From Gammaproteobacteria bacterium (GTDB lineage Bacteria > Pseudomonadota > Gammaproteobacteria > Poriferisulfidales > Poriferisulfidaceae): a stretch of DNA of 64,000 nucleotides. Shown piece by piece: positions 52,623 through 63,218 of the stretch; the stretch's first letter is position 1, and each line of letters starts with the position of its first letter. The DNA is taken from NCBI GenBank assembly GCA_028819565.1, contig JAPPLD010000006.1, forward strand, positions 9,299 to 73,298, in the 5' to 3' direction. Under the pieces are notes generated by a model, which did not search any database, was not told the DNA's origin, and saw only the letters and a list, made by a program, of their open reading frames with translations. Position numbers and translations under genes: made by a program.

Positions 52623-53053
52623 TGCGCCTCAACACCCTGACGTCGCCGTCCGGCAGTCGCCGCCCGCGCAAGCGCGTGGGGCGCGGCATCGGCAGCGGGA
52701 CTGGCAAGACTGCGGGACGAGGCCACAAGGGCCAGAAGTCGCGCTCCGGAGGCTATCACAAGACCGGCTTCGAGGGCGGACAGATGCCCTTGCAGCGCCG
52801 TTTGCCCAAATCCGGCTTTCGCTCGCACCGACCGCTATGCGCCGAAGTGGGTACCGGCCGCTTGGAGAGCCTGGACGAGCCGACCGTGACGCTGGACTCC
52901 CTGCGCAGTGCCGGGTTGGTGCCGGGCCATGCGGTGCGCGCGAAGATCATGCTGCGCGGTGATTTGCCCCGGGCGTACGCCGTACAGGGAGTTGCGGTGA
53001 CCCGCGGTGCGCGTGCGGCCATCGAAGCTGCTGGCGGAGAGATCCAGGAGTAA
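52622..53053 (+). CDS. rplO: 50S ribosomal protein L15
   Basis: [26 protein letters not shown]…. Confidence 0.95.
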   Translation: MRLNTLTSPSGSRRPRKRVGRGIGSGTGKTAGRGHKGQKSRSGGYHKTGFEGGQMPLQRRLPKSGFRSHRPLCAEVGTGRLESLDEPTVTLDSLRSAGLVPGHAVRAKIMLRGDLPRAYAVQGVAVTRGARAAIEAAGGEIQE

Positions 53054-53056
53054 ACC

Positions 53057-54367
53057 GTGGCGCCTCCCAAAGCCTCGCCGTTCGCTGAGTTGCGCCAACG
53101 CCTCCTGTTCGTGGTGGGCGCGCTGATCGTCTATCGCATCGGGACCTACATTCCGGTGCCGGGCGTGGACCCCAGTGCACTGGCTCGCTTCTTCGAACAG
53201 CAAAGCGGCACCATCATCGACTTGTTCAACATGTTCTCGGGTGGTGCGCTGGAGCGCCTCAGCATCTTGGCGCTGGGCATCATGCCGTATATCTCGTCCG
53301 CGATCATCATGCAGTTGATGACCGCCGTGATCCCGAGCCTCAAGGAACTGCGCAAGGAAGGAGAGCAGGGGCGGCGGCAGATCACCCAGTACACGCGTTA
53401 TGGCACCCTGGCCTTGGCCACGTTCCAGGCTGGCGGTGTGTCGGTGGCGTTGCAAAGCCAGGGCATCGCGCTTTACACCGGCTACGGCTTCGCGATCACC
53501 GCGATCATTACCCTGGTGACCGGGACCATGTTCTTGATGTGGCTTGGCGAGCAGATTACGGAGCGCGGCATCGGAAACGGAATCTCGCTGATCATCTTCA
53601 CCAGTATCGTCGCCGGTCTGCCGACCGCAGTCGGTGGCACTCTGGAACTGGCCAGCACCGGCGAACTGTCGGCTGCGCTGGTGGTGCTCCTGTTTGCGCT
53701 GGTTCTGGCCATCACCGCATTCGTCGTATTCATCGAACGTGGGCAGCGCCGCATCACGGTCAACTACGCCCGGCAGCAGCAGGGCCGGCATGTCGCCATG
53801 CAGTCGACGCACTTGCCGTTCAAGCTCAATATGGCCGGCGTCATCCCGCCGATTTTCGCCTCCAGCATCATCCTGTTCCCGGCCACGTTCGGGCAATGGG
53901 CCGGCACGGCCGAAGGCATGGGCTGGTTACGCGACCTGTCGGCCACCTTGGGGCCGGGGCAGCCGCTGTACGTGCTGTTCTACGCGGTCGCCATCGCGTT
54001 CTTCTGTTTCTTCTATACCGCGCTGGTGTACGATTCCAAGGACACCGCGGACAACCTGAAGCGCTCCGGCGCATTCATCCCGGGCATCCGCCCGGGTGCG
54101 CAGACAGCCCGCTACATCGACACCGTGATGACCCGCCTGACTGCAGTCGGCGCGATGTACATCGTGTTCGTGTGTTTGCTGCCCGAGTTCCTGATTCTGG
54201 GTCTGAGCGTTCCGTTCTATTTCGGCGGAACTTCGCTGCTGATCATCGTGGTGGTGGTGATGGATTTCATCGCCCAGCTGCAGACGCACCTGATGTCGCA
54301 TCAGTACGAAGGGCTGCTGAAGAAAGCCGAGGCGCGGGGCATGCGCTCCCGCAGCCTCCTGCGATAA
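53057..54367 (+). CDS. secY: preprotein translocase subunit SecY
   Basis: 436 aa, 10 TM. …[19 protein letters not shown]…; position between rplO and rpmJ. Confidence 0.97.
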   Translation: MAPPKASPFAELRQRLLFVVGALIVYRIGTYIPVPGVDPSALARFFEQQSGTIIDLFNMFSGGALERLSILALGIMPYISSAIIMQLMTAVIPSLKELRKEGEQGRRQITQYTRYGTLALATFQAGGVSVALQSQGIALYTGYGFAITAIITLVTGTMFLMWLGEQITERGIGNGISLIIFTSIVAGLPTAVGGTLELASTGELSAALVVLLFALVLAITAFVVFIERGQRRITVNYARQQQGRHVAMQSTHLPFKLNMAGVIPPIFASSIILFPATFGQWAGTAEGMGWLRDLSATLGPGQPLYVLFYAVAIAFFCFFYTALVYDSKDTADNLKRSGAFIPGIRPGAQTARYIDTVMTRLTAVGAMYIVFVCLLPEFLILGLSVPFYFGGTSLLIIVVVVMDFIAQLQTHLMSHQYEGLLKKAEARGMRSRSLLR

Positions 54368-54379
54368 GAGGAGGATCCC

Positions 54380-54493
54380 ATGAAAGTTCAGGCTTCCGTC
54401 AAACGAATCTGTCGTCACTGCAAGATCGTGCGCCGCAACGGCGTGGTGCGCGTGATTTGCAGGATTCCCCGCCACAAGCAACGGCAGGGTTGA
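54380..54493 (+). CDS. rpmJ: 50S ribosomal protein L36
   Basis: Not in the ORF track (37 aa). [37 protein letters not shown]; strong SD AAGAGGAGGA 6 nt upstream; Zn-ribbon CxxC…C…H. Confidence 0.9.
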   Translation: MKVQASVKRICRHCKIVRRNGVVRVICRIPRHKQRQG

Positions 54494-54531
54494 TGCAGTA
54501 AAATACAACCCTTTTACGCGCACGAAAAACC

Positions 54532-54888
54532 ATGGCACGAATTGCAGGCGTCAACCTCCCCGATCACAAGCATACGGTGATCGCGTTGCAGTCCATTTTT
54601 GGCATCGGACGCAGCCGGGCGGTGGCGATTTGCGCCAGCTGCTCGGTGAATCCGGCGGAGAAGTTGGGCGGCCTCAGCGAGGCGGAGCTCGGCGCGCTGC
54701 GCGAAGCGGTGGGGAAGTACACCATCGAGGGCGATCTGCGCCGCGAGACCGCCATGAGCATCAAGCGCCTGATGGACCTCGGCTGCTACCGGGGGGTGCG
54801 CCATCGGCGCAGCCTGCCGCTGCGCGGCCAACGAACCCGAACCAACGCACGTACCCGAAAAGGGCCGCGTCGCCCCATCCGCAAGTAA
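54532..54888 (+). CDS. rpsM: 30S ribosomal protein S13
   Basis: [26 protein letters not shown]…. Confidence 0.97.
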   Translation: MARIAGVNLPDHKHTVIALQSIFGIGRSRAVAICASCSVNPAEKLGGLSEAELGALREAVGKYTIEGDLRRETAMSIKRLMDLGCYRGVRHRRSLPLRGQRTRTNARTRKGPRRPIRK

Positions 54889-54891
54889 TCC

Positions 54892-55293
54892 ATGGCTGCT
54901 CCTAAATCCAAGACCTCTACCCGGGCGCGCAAGAAAGTTCGCCGGACGTTGACCGACGGGATCGCGCACATCCGCGCCTCGTTCAACAACACGATCGTGA
55001 CCATCACTGATCTGCAGGGCAATACCCTGTGCTGGGCGACCTCCGGGGGGTCCGGCTTCAAGGGTTCCCGCAAGAGTACTCCGTTTGCTGCCCAGGTCGC
55101 AGCTTCGCGAGTCGGTAAAGAAGCCCTGGAATTTGGGATCCGTAACCTGGAAGTCCGGGTACGCGGACCGGGACCGGGCCGCGAGTCGGCCATGCGGGCA
55201 TTGAACGCAAGCGGCTTTCGGATCACCAACATCCGGGATATCACCCCGGTTCCACACAACGGCTGCCGCCCGCCGAAGCGGCGTCGCGTCTGA
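54892..55293 (+). CDS. rpsK: 30S ribosomal protein S11
   Basis: …[22 protein letters not shown]…. Confidence 0.97.
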   Translation: MAAPKSKTSTRARKKVRRTLTDGIAHIRASFNNTIVTITDLQGNTLCWATSGGSGFKGSRKSTPFAAQVAASRVGKEALEFGIRNLEVRVRGPGPGRESAMRALNASGFRITNIRDITPVPHNGCRPPKRRRV

Positions 55294-55303
55294 GGGTAGA
55301 GCC

Positions 55304-55933
55304 ATGGCACGATATCTCGGACCCCGATGCAAACTCATGCGGCGCGAGGGCACCAACCTGGAGCTCAAGTCTCCGGTGCGTGAACTGGACAAGAAATGCA
55401 AGCTCGACGTGCCGCCGGGCAGCAAGGGTGGACGCGGAGGTCGGCGCGGACGGATTTCCGACTACGGCCTGCAGTTGCGCGAGAAACAGAAACTGCGCCG
55501 CCTGTACGGCGTGCTCGAGCGGCAGTTCCGCAACTACTACAAGAAAGCCTCGCAGGCCAAGGGCTCGACTGGAGACAACCTGATGCGCTTGCTGGAGTGC
55601 CGGCTGGACAACGTGGTGTACCGGATGGGGTTTGGCACGACCCGGGCGGAATGCCGCCAGATCGTTTCGCACAAGGGCATTGAGGTGAACGGCAAGGTGG
55701 TCAACATTCCGTCGTATTCGGTTGAGGCCGGTGACGTGGTCGCCGTGCGCGAGAAGATGCGAGAGCAGGTGCGGATCAGGGACGCGATTGGCATTGCCAA
55801 GCAGCAGGGCCTGCCGGACTGGGTGGATGTCGATTTCGACAAGTTCGAAGGGACCTTCAAGCAACCTCCGGCGCGTGACGAGATATACAGGGAAATCAAC
55901 GAATCTCTAGTCGTTGAGTTCTATTCGAAATAA
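55304..55933 (+). CDS. rpsD: 30S ribosomal protein S4
   Basis: [19 protein letters not shown]…. Confidence 0.97.
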   Translation: MARYLGPRCKLMRREGTNLELKSPVRELDKKCKLDVPPGSKGGRGGRRGRISDYGLQLREKQKLRRLYGVLERQFRNYYKKASQAKGSTGDNLMRLLECRLDNVVYRMGFGTTRAECRQIVSHKGIEVNGKVVNIPSYSVEAGDVVAVREKMREQVRIRDAIGIAKQQGLPDWVDVDFDKFEGTFKQPPARDEIYREINESLVVEFYSK

Positions 55934-55953
55934 TCCTGAAGAGGACTGGAAGA

Positions 55954-56949
55954 ATGCTGAGCAGCGAACTGATGGTGCCCCGCGTGGTAGAAGCCAAGTA
56001 CACGGCTGGCCGCGAGGCACGGGTGGTGTTGGAGCCGATGGAGCGGGGGTTCGGGCACACGCTCGGGAACGCGCTGCGCCGGGTCTTGTTGTCGTCCATC
56101 CCGGGCTCGGCTATCACCGAGGTCGAGATCGAGGGCGTGAAGCACGAATACGACACGCTCGATGGAGTGCAGGAGGATGTGGTCGACATCCTGCTCAACC
56201 TCAAGGGCATCGCCATTCGCATGCATGAACGGGTCAAGGCCGAACTGCACTTGCAGAAGAGCGGCCCGGGGGTCGTGTGTGCGGGCGACATCGAGATCGG
56301 CCATGACATTGAGATTGCAAACCCGGATCACGTGATTGCGCACTTGACCGAGGCCGGCTCGCTGGACATGCGGTTGAAGATCGAACGGGGTCGCGGATAC
56401 GTCCCGGTTCCGGCACGCCGGCGCGACGACCAGGAACATTCCATCGGCACCCTGTTGCTGGATGCGAGTTTCAGCCCGATCCGACGGGTGGCCTACCATG
56501 TGGAGAACACCCGCGTAGAGCAGCGCACCGATCTGGACAAGCTGGTGCTGAATTTGGAGACGAATGGCACCGTTGAGCCGGAGGAGATCATTCGCATGGC
56601 TGCGGTGATCCTGAGTGAGCAGTTGTCGGTGCTGGTTGGCCTCGAAGGCGAGGTGATGCGCCCGGTTCCGGCCCACACCACCGAAGTCGATCCGGTCTTC
56701 AAACTGCCGATCGACGAGCTGGAACTGGGAGTTCGCTCGATCAACAGCCTCAAGCAGGAGAACATCTTCTTCGTGGGCGACTTGGTACAGAAGGGCGAGG
56801 ACGAACTGATGAAGCAGACGCCGAACATCGGGGTGAAGACCGTCGCGGAAATCAAGCAGGCTCTGGCGGCACGCGAGCTAACACTGGCCATGAAGATCGA
56901 GAATTGGCCCCCCGCCGACTTGGTGCGCGGACGCACACCACTGTTCTGA
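55954..56949 (+). CDS. rpoA: DNA-directed RNA polymerase alpha subunit
   Basis: 331 aa; …[23 protein letters not shown]…; position in the alpha operon. Confidence 0.97.
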   Translation: MLSSELMVPRVVEAKYTAGREARVVLEPMERGFGHTLGNALRRVLLSSIPGSAITEVEIEGVKHEYDTLDGVQEDVVDILLNLKGIAIRMHERVKAELHLQKSGPGVVCAGDIEIGHDIEIANPDHVIAHLTEAGSLDMRLKIERGRGYVPVPARRRDDQEHSIGTLLLDASFSPIRRVAYHVENTRVEQRTDLDKLVLNLETNGTVEPEEIIRMAAVILSEQLSVLVGLEGEVMRPVPAHTTEVDPVFKLPIDELELGVRSINSLKQENIFFVGDLVQKGEDELMKQTPNIGVKTVAEIKQALAARELTLAMKIENWPPADLVRGRTPLF

Positions 56950-56959
56950 GGAACTCGCC

Positions 56960-57388
56960 ATGCGCCACCGGAAGGCCGGCCGCCGCCTGAACCGAACCTC
57001 GGCACACCGTCGAGCCATGTTTCGCAACATGGCGGTGTCGCTGCTGCAGCACGAGGGGATCCACACCACCTTGCCGAAAGCCAAGGAACTGCGCCGGGTT
57101 GTCGAGCCACTGATTACGTTGGCTGGTGAAGATACGTTGGCCCGTCGTCGTCGTGCGTTCGATAAGTTGCGCGACCGACCGACCGTCGGTAAATTGTTCA
57201 CTGAATTGGGTCCGAAATACAAGGATCGCCCTGGAGGCTACCTCCGGGTTCTCAAGAATGGCTACCGTCCCGGGGACAATGCCCCGATGGCGTACGTCGA
57301 ACTGGTCGACCGGGAAATCCATTCTGACGCAGAGAAGGAATCATCTACTCCCGAGACTGTTGAAGAAGTTGCGGAAGCAGCGGAATAA
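56960..57388 (+). CDS. rplQ: 50S ribosomal protein L17
   Basis: [24 protein letters not shown]…; acidic C-terminal tail ~15 aa longer than E. coli L17. Confidence 0.95.
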   Translation: MRHRKAGRRLNRTSAHRRAMFRNMAVSLLQHEGIHTTLPKAKELRRVVEPLITLAGEDTLARRRRAFDKLRDRPTVGKLFTELGPKYKDRPGGYLRVLKNGYRPGDNAPMAYVELVDREIHSDAEKESSTPETVEEVAEAAE

Positions 57389-57488
57389 TCAGAATCTACT
57401 TTCTTTTTGCACGAAGCCAGACTCTGGCCTTCCCGAGATTTGATTGCCGTCGAAGCCCACATCGAAGGGGATGTGGTTGCGTTTATGC

Positions 57489-57522
57489 TTGACAGCAGTG
57501 GGTGAGAGGCTATACTTCTCAC
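57489..57522 (+). promoter_or_regulatory. consensus sigma70 promoter for higBA (TTGACA-16-TATACT) with palindrome GTGAGA…TCTCAC spanning the -10; transcript appears leaderless
   Basis: -35 at 57489-57494, -10 at 57511-57516. The inverted repeat 57502-57507 / 57517-57522 brackets the -10. The higB ATG at 57523 lies 7 nt after the -10 with no SD. Confidence 0.5.
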
Positions 57523-57801
57523 ATGATCAAGAATTTCCGTCACAAAGGTCTGAAACTGCTCTACGAAAAAGGTGACCGACGGAAAATTCGAGCGGATCAT
57601 GCAGAGAAGATCAGGAGTATTCTCTTCATGCTGGAGCAAATGGAAAGCATGGATGATTTGGCATACCCGGGATTGCGCTTGCATCCTTTGAAAGGTGATC
57701 TGGCGAGTTTTTGGTCCGTCACAGTTTCAGCAAACTGGCGCATCATCTTCCGTTTTGACGGCGAGGATGCAAGTGAAATCGACTTGATTGACTACCACTA
57801 G
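57523..57801 (+). CDS. higB: HigB-type (RelE/ParE superfamily) toxin
   Basis: MIKNFRHKGLKLLYEKG…LHPLKGDLASFWSVTVSANWRIIFRFDGEDASEIDLIDYH closely parallels E. coli-type HigB (MIKSFKHKGL…KLHPLKGDR…WSI…NWRI…Y.DYH). The ORF-track start at 57502 is inside the promoter. Confidence 0.85.
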   Translation: MIKNFRHKGLKLLYEKGDRRKIRADHAEKIRSILFMLEQMESMDDLAYPGLRLHPLKGDLASFWSVTVSANWRIIFRFDGEDASEIDLIDYH

Positions 57802-57831
57802 ATCTTACTGCGTGTAAATGGAGAATTTGAT

Positions 57832-58125
57832 ATGGCGATGAAGGACCCTCCACATCCGGGATCGGTATTCCGGCAGGTGTGCATTGATCCCATAGGCTTG
57901 ACTGTCACTGAAGCAGCGACGTGTCTGGGAGTTAGCCGCAGACAGCTTTCAGATGTAGTGAATGGTCGTTCGGGCATCTCTCCGGAAATGGCCGTCCGTA
58001 TTAGCAAGGTTTTTGGCGGTAATGCGCAAATCTGGTGCCGCATGCAGGCGGCTTATGACCTTGCCCGTACATTGGAGCGCGCTGGCACCATTAAAGTTGG
58101 CCGTTTGCGTCCTGTGGCGACGTAA
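57832..58125 (+). CDS. higA: HigA-type antitoxin (Xre-family HTH)
   Basis: …GLTVTEAATCLGVSRRQLSDVVNGRSGISPEMAVRISKVFGG…, the HigA HTH signature, directly downstream of higB. Confidence 0.85.
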   Translation: MAMKDPPHPGSVFRQVCIDPIGLTVTEAATCLGVSRRQLSDVVNGRSGISPEMAVRISKVFGGNAQIWCRMQAAYDLARTLERAGTIKVGRLRPVAT

Positions 58126-58188
58126 GCGGCTGCCCATTCGATTCTCAGGGCTTATTCGGACTTCTTAAGGTTTAGAGTCTTTCGGGCG

Positions 58189-58350
58189 TCAAATCGTTGC
58201 GTCGATGTAGTCGCGTAGCACCGATTTACCTATTTCCGCATCATTGGAAATCAGGCACAATACTGCCTCTTCGAGAAGGGCTTCGCGAAAGTCGGGGTCG
58301 CGCTCAACGCGAGCGAGGATCGTTTCTTTGAAGTTCCGTGTCAAAGCCAT
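58189..58350 (-). pseudogene. 53-codon ORF resembling the N-terminal half of an antidote/HTH-type antitoxin; likely truncated remnant
   Basis: MALTRNFKETILARVERDPDFREALLEEAVLCLISNDAEIGKSVLRDYIDATI*, hand-translated from the minus strand. It stops before any HTH; no partner gene; convergent with higBA. Confidence 0.2.
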
Positions 58351-58400
58351 GTGTTGGTCTCTCTGATGGAGGTGTCTAATCTACAGCCAGCAGGCCGCAT

Positions 58401-61214
58401 TCAAGTCGCTTTCAATGCTGGCGCCAAGAATTGCCCAGTATAAGACCTCTTGTTACGTGCCACTTTTTCTGGCGTGCCTTCGGTGACGATCCGTCCGCCT
58501 GCCTGACCGCCTTCCGGGCCGAGATCGATGATCCAGTCGGCAGTCTTGATGACGTCTAGATTGTGTTCGATCACGATCACAGTGTTGCCGCGGTCGCGCA
58601 ATTGGTGCAAGACTTGCAGCAGGAGCTTGATGTCGTGGAAATGCAGTCCGGTGGTCGGCTCGTCCAGGATGTAGAGAGTCTGCCCGGTCCCACGCTTGGA
58701 CAATTCGCGTGACAACTTGATGCGTTGGGCTTCTCCTCCCGACAGGGTGGTGGCACTCTGCCCGAGGTGCAAATAGGATAAACCGACTTGCGCCAAGGTA
58801 TCAAGTTTGCGACGTACTACGGGGATGTTTTCGAAGAATTCGCGGGCTGTCTCGACCGTCATGTCGAGAACCTCTGCAATGTTCTTGTGCTTGTAGCGGA
58901 TGTCCAGCGTCTCCCGGTTGTACCGCAATCCCTCGCAAACATCGCAGGGCACGTAGATGTCGGGCAGGAAGTGCATCTCGACCTTGATGACGCCGTCGCC
59001 CTGACAGGCTTCGCAGCGGCCGCCCCGGACATTGAAACTGAACCGGCCTGGCCGGTATCCCCGGGAACGGGCTTCCTGGGTGCCTGCGAACAATTCCCTC
59101 ACCGGGCCGAACAGGCCGGTGTAGGTGGCCGGGTTCGAACGGGGAGTGCGCCCGATCGGGCTCTGATCAATGCGAATGACCTTGTCGATCTGGTCCAGAC
59201 CTTCCAGCTTTTCGCAAGGGCCGGGAATCCAGTCTTTCGGCTGGATCATCTGCCCGTACAAGGTATCGTTCACGAGTGTCGACTTCCCGGACCCAGATAC
59301 GCCGGTGACGCAGGTGAGCAGGCCGACCGGGATCGATACATCCAGGTCACACAGGTTGTTGCCAGAGGCCTTGTGGACAATCAGTTGCCGGTCTTTCTGC
59401 GCGCGTACCCGTTGCGTGGGGATTTCGATCTTCTGCTGCCCTGAAAGGTATTGGGCAGTCAAGGAGTCCTTCACTCGGGAGACCTCTTCCGCCGAGCCTT
59501 GGGCGACGATACGGCCGCCATGGATTCCTGCGCCGGGGCCTAAGTCGACCAGATGGTCGGCACTGCGCATGGCGCTTTCGTCATGCTCCACGACGATGAC
59601 GGTGTTCCCAAGATCACGCAGGTGGGCGAGCGTCCTCAGGAGCCGGGCGTTGTCCCGCTGGTGCAGGCCGATGGACGGCTCATCCAGGATGTAGGTCACA
59701 CCGACCAGCCCGGCACCGATCTGGCTGGCCAGGCGGATGCGCTGCGCTTCGCCGCCGGACAGGGTTTCGGCGCGGCGCTCCAGGCTCAGGTATTCCAAGC
59801 CGACATCGATCAAAAACCGAAGCCGCTGGCCAATTTCAGCAATGATCTTTGCTGCAATTTGCGCCCGGTATCCGGAAAGATCCAACTTTTCAAAGAATCC
59901 AAAGACATCGGCAATGGGCCAGCGTAGCAATTGGGGCAGGGGGGTGCCGTCTATGAAGACGTTTCGGGCAGCTTCGCACAGGCGTTCGCCCTCACAGGCC
60001 GGGCAGGCACGCTGACTGCGGTAGCGGGAGAGTTCGTCGCGCACGGCCGGGGACTCCGTGTCGCGGTAGCGGCGCTCCATGTTCGGGAGCACCCCCTCGA
60101 ACGGGTGCCGGGAACGCATCCGGCGACCATGGGTGTCGGTGTATTCAAACGTGATGGATTCGCCGTTGGAGCCGTACAGGATGACGTCGCGCGCACGGCG
60201 CGGCAGGCGTTCGAATGTGGTGTCTACAGAGAACTTGTAGTGCCGCGCCAGGGTTTTGATCATCCGAAAATAGGCGACATTCCGCGAATCCCATCCGCGG
60301 ATCGCGCCGTGGCGTAGGGAGCGATCGGAATGGATCACCTTGGCTTCGTCGAAGAACGTCTGCACGCCAAGGCCATCACATTCGTCGCAGGCGCCGATCG
60401 GGCTGTTGAAGGAGAACAACCGGGGTTCCAGTTCGTTGAGGCTGTAGCCGCATTCCGGGCAGGCGTACTGGCTGGAGAAGGTTTCGTCGATGGATTCACC
60501 GTCCATGTTGACCACGCGCGCCACTCCTTGCCCGAGCCTTAGCGCGGTTTCGAAGGATTCGGCTATGCGGGTACGGATTCCGTCGCGAACCTTGAGGCGG
60601 TCGACGATGACCTCAATCGTGTGTTTGCGGCGGAGATCCAATTGGATCGGTTCGTCGAGTTCACGGGCTTCGCCATCAATGCGCGCACGCAGGAAACCTT
60701 GCGCTTGCAGTCCCTGCAAGAGTTCCTGGTGCTCTCCTTTGCGGTCGCGTACGATGGGCGCGAGAATCATGACACGCCGGCCTTCCGGCAGGGCTTGCAC
60801 GTGATCCGTCATCTCGGTGATGGTCTGGGCCTGCAGGTCGTGGCCGTGGCGCGGGCATCTGGGGATGCCGACCCGGGCGTACATCAGGCGCAGGTAATCG
60901 TGAATCTCAGTGATCGTGCCGACGGTGGAACGGGGATTATGCGAGGCGCTCTTCTGTTCGATCGAAATAGCCGGGGACAGCCCTTCGATGCTGTCTACAT
61001 CGGGCTTCTCCATGCGCGCGAGGAACTGGCGGGCATACGCCGACAGGGATTCGACGTAACGGCGCTGCCCCTCGGCGAAGATAGTGTCGAAAGCGAGCGA
61101 GGATTTGCCGGATCCGGACAGGCCGGTGACCACGGTCAACTGGTCGCGCGGGATGTCCAAGTCGATGTTGTCGAGATTGTGCGTCCGTGCTCCGCGGATC
61201 CGGATTTGTTCCAT
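58401..61214 (-). CDS. uvrA: excinuclease ABC subunit A
   Basis: 937 aa; two ABC ATPase modules ([14 protein letters not shown]…, [14 protein letters not shown]…) and Zn-finger cysteines. Confidence 0.97.
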   Translation of the reverse strand: MEQIRIRGARTHNLDNIDLDIPRDQLTVVTGLSGSGKSSLAFDTIFAEGQRRYVESLSAYARQFLARMEKPDVDSIEGLSPAISIEQKSASHNPRSTVGTITEIHDYLRLMYARVGIPRCPRHGHDLQAQTITEMTDHVQALPEGRRVMILAPIVRDRKGEHQELLQGLQAQGFLRARIDGEARELDEPIQLDLRRKHTIEVIVDRLKVRDGIRTRIAESFETALRLGQGVARVVNMDGESIDETFSSQYACPECGYSLNELEPRLFSFNSPIGACDECDGLGVQTFFDEAKVIHSDRSLRHGAIRGWDSRNVAYFRMIKTLARHYKFSVDTTFERLPRRARDVILYGSNGESITFEYTDTHGRRMRSRHPFEGVLPNMERRYRDTESPAVRDELSRYRSQRACPACEGERLCEAARNVFIDGTPLPQLLRWPIADVFGFFEKLDLSGYRAQIAAKIIAEIGQRLRFLIDVGLEYLSLERRAETLSGGEAQRIRLASQIGAGLVGVTYILDEPSIGLHQRDNARLLRTLAHLRDLGNTVIVVEHDESAMRSADHLVDLGPGAGIHGGRIVAQGSAEEVSRVKDSLTAQYLSGQQKIEIPTQRVRAQKDRQLIVHKASGNNLCDLDVSIPVGLLTCVTGVSGSGKSTLVNDTLYGQMIQPKDWIPGPCEKLEGLDQIDKVIRIDQSPIGRTPRSNPATYTGLFGPVRELFAGTQEARSRGYRPGRFSFNVRGGRCEACQGDGVIKVEMHFLPDIYVPCDVCEGLRYNRETLDIRYKHKNIAEVLDMTVETAREFFENIPVVRRKLDTLAQVGLSYLHLGQSATTLSGGEAQRIKLSRELSKRGTGQTLYILDEPTTGLHFHDIKLLLQVLHQLRDRGNTVIVIEHNLDVIKTADWIIDLGPEGGQAGGRIVTEGTPEKVARNKRSYTGQFLAPALKAT

Positions 61215-61343
61215 GTTGGGCTTCCGTGTAGTTAGCCTTCTACTATACGACAGAACCGGACTTGCCCGCTACCTGACCGGTGGGCACTGCCAAGTACTCG
61301 AAAAATGAGGCTCACGTTGCAATTGATAAAATAGCAATGGCCC

Positions 61344-62582
61344 ATGCATTTGCCGCATCAGGCCTGCATGCCACGAAAACCAATGGGCCAAAACACCTCC
61401 CCGACTGATTCTTCTCTAACCTCTCTGGAATACAGAGCGGTGGGAACCCTTGGGGGTGTATATGCCCTGCGCATGCTGGGCCTGTTCATCATCCTCCCGG
61501 TCTTTGCCATTTACGCAGAGACCTTGCAAAACTCGACTCCAATGCTCGCGGGCATTGCGGTGGGAATTTACGGATTGACGCAGGCGGCGCTTCAGGTGCC
61601 GATGGGTTGGCTGTCGGACCGTTTTGGCCGCCGTGCCGTCGTACTGTTGGGGTTGACGATATTCATGGTGGGAAGCTTGGTGGCGGCAGATGCCACCAGC
61701 ATTGAACAGATGATCATTGGACGCGCGTTGCAGGGGGCGGGCGCGATCTCCGCGGCCTTGACCGCGTGGGTGGCCGACCTGAGCCGGGAACAGGTCCGGG
61801 CTCGGATGATGGGAATGATCGGGATGCTGATCGGGTCGACTTTCATTATTTCCCTGATTGCTGGGCCTCTACTGGCCGGAAAGATCGGGGTGGACGGCAT
61901 ATTCGCATTGGTAGCGGGTCTGGCCGTACTAGCCATGGTTATGGTGCTGGTGCTGATTCCGGCAGGGCGGGTCGCATCCCAACGGGCCGCAGGCTCGTGG
62001 AGCGCTATGAGAGAGATCTTGCGGGATTCTAGGCTGTTGCGCCTGAGTTTAGGCGCGTCCATCATTCATATGCTGCTGACCGCGAATTTCATGTCGCTGC
62101 CGCTCGCAATGCGGGACCTCGCCGGCCTCCCGGTCGAGCAGCACAGCATGTTTTATCTGGTCGTTCTGGCCGGATCGGCACTGTTCCTCTTTCCAATTCT
62201 CCGTCTGGCGCAGCCCCGTGTCGCGGGATGGATGCGGACTTTCGCGTTGATATTGGTTGTTTCTGAAGTGGGGTTGATCTTCGTGCGCCATGAAGCGATG
62301 TTGCTGGGCGGCGTATTGCTGGTGTTTTTCATTGTCTTCAACTTTTTGGAGGCTCAGTTGCCGGCTCAGGTTTCTCGCCTGTGTCCGGTAGACCTCAAAG
62401 GCATGGCGCTGGGAGTTTTTTCCACGGCTCAGTTCATGGGGGCTTTTCTGGGCGGGCTTCTGGCAGGATTGTTTCTGGAGGGGCAGAATGCGGAAGCCTT
62501 GTACCTGACCTTGGCTGGTATTGCCGTGTTTTGGGCTCTGTTGCTGAATGGGCTAGAATTGTCGGAGGAACGGCGCATATAA
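61344..62582 (+). CDS. MFS-family transporter (start uncertain: 61344 or 61383)
   Basis: 12-TM profile; MFS motif LSDRFGRRAVVL after TM2. Confidence 0.8.
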   Translation: MHLPHQACMPRKPMGQNTSPTDSSLTSLEYRAVGTLGGVYALRMLGLFIILPVFAIYAETLQNSTPMLAGIAVGIYGLTQAALQVPMGWLSDRFGRRAVVLLGLTIFMVGSLVAADATSIEQMIIGRALQGAGAISAALTAWVADLSREQVRARMMGMIGMLIGSTFIISLIAGPLLAGKIGVDGIFALVAGLAVLAMVMVLVLIPAGRVASQRAAGSWSAMREILRDSRLLRLSLGASIIHMLLTANFMSLPLAMRDLAGLPVEQHSMFYLVVLAGSALFLFPILRLAQPRVAGWMRTFALILVVSEVGLIFVRHEAMLLGGVLLVFFIVFNFLEAQLPAQVSRLCPVDLKGMALGVFSTAQFMGAFLGGLLAGLFLEGQNAEALYLTLAGIAVFWALLLNGLELSEERRI

Positions 62583-62699
62583 GGCAACCGCAAGGTTATA
62601 ATTTTTCTAGTAATTAGCGGTAGTGCGTTGAATAATAATAAAAATATGCTTAAGTATTATCGCACGGAAGCGAAAGCATGAAAGTCCGGAGGATGAACG

Positions 62700-63176
62700 A
62701 TGTCGAGAGGAGTCAATAAAGTGATTCTGGTGGGAACCTTGGGGGCTGATCCCGAACTTCGCCAGACCAACAGTGGATCCAGTGTTTGCAACATGCGAAT
62801 CGCTACCAACGACTGGCGGCGGGATAGTGCAACGAATGAACGGGTGGAAACGACCGAATGGCACAACATCGTGCTGTTCAAGCGCTTGGCCGAAGTAGCG
62901 GAACGCTACCTTAAAAAAGGCTCTCAGGTGTATATTGAGGGCAAGTTGCGAACCCGGAAATGGCAGGATCGGGATGGGAATAACCGCTACAGCACGGAAG
63001 TGATTGCCAACGATATGCAATTGTTGGGCGCGCGCAGTGGCAGTGGCGGCTATGCATCGGAAAGCCAGGGGAACTATATGTCGGAAAACTCGAGGCCGAG
63101 CAGCGGCAATGGTCCAGGTTCGGGAGGGGCTCCGGCGGGGGATGATGCCGACTTTGATGACGACATTCCGTTTTAG
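62700..63176 (+). CDS. ssb: single-stranded DNA-binding protein
   Basis: [23 protein letters not shown]…; Gly-rich linker; acidic tail DDDIPF. Confidence 0.95.
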   Translation: MSRGVNKVILVGTLGADPELRQTNSGSSVCNMRIATNDWRRDSATNERVETTEWHNIVLFKRLAEVAERYLKKGSQVYIEGKLRTRKWQDRDGNNRYSTEVIANDMQLLGARSGSGGYASESQGNYMSENSRPSSGNGPGSGGAPAGDDADFDDDIPF

Positions 63177-63218
63177 ATACCCGCGCGGGCATTCCATGCC
63201 GCGGCGGCGGAAGGAGTG

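Noticed and set aside
57389-57470. Short hairpin GCCAG-ACT-CTGGC after rplQ considered as the alpha-operon terminator.
   Set aside because: Only a 5-bp stem and no downstream U-tract on either strand; too weak to call.
61215-61343. CTGT-N8-AGAA sequence (reverse complement of TTCTGTCGTATAGTAG, ~61242-61257) in the uvrA/MFS divergent region considered as a LexA (SOS) box.
   Set aside because: It does not match CTGT-N8-ACAG (the second half-site is wrong). No equivalent site was found upstream of ssb either.
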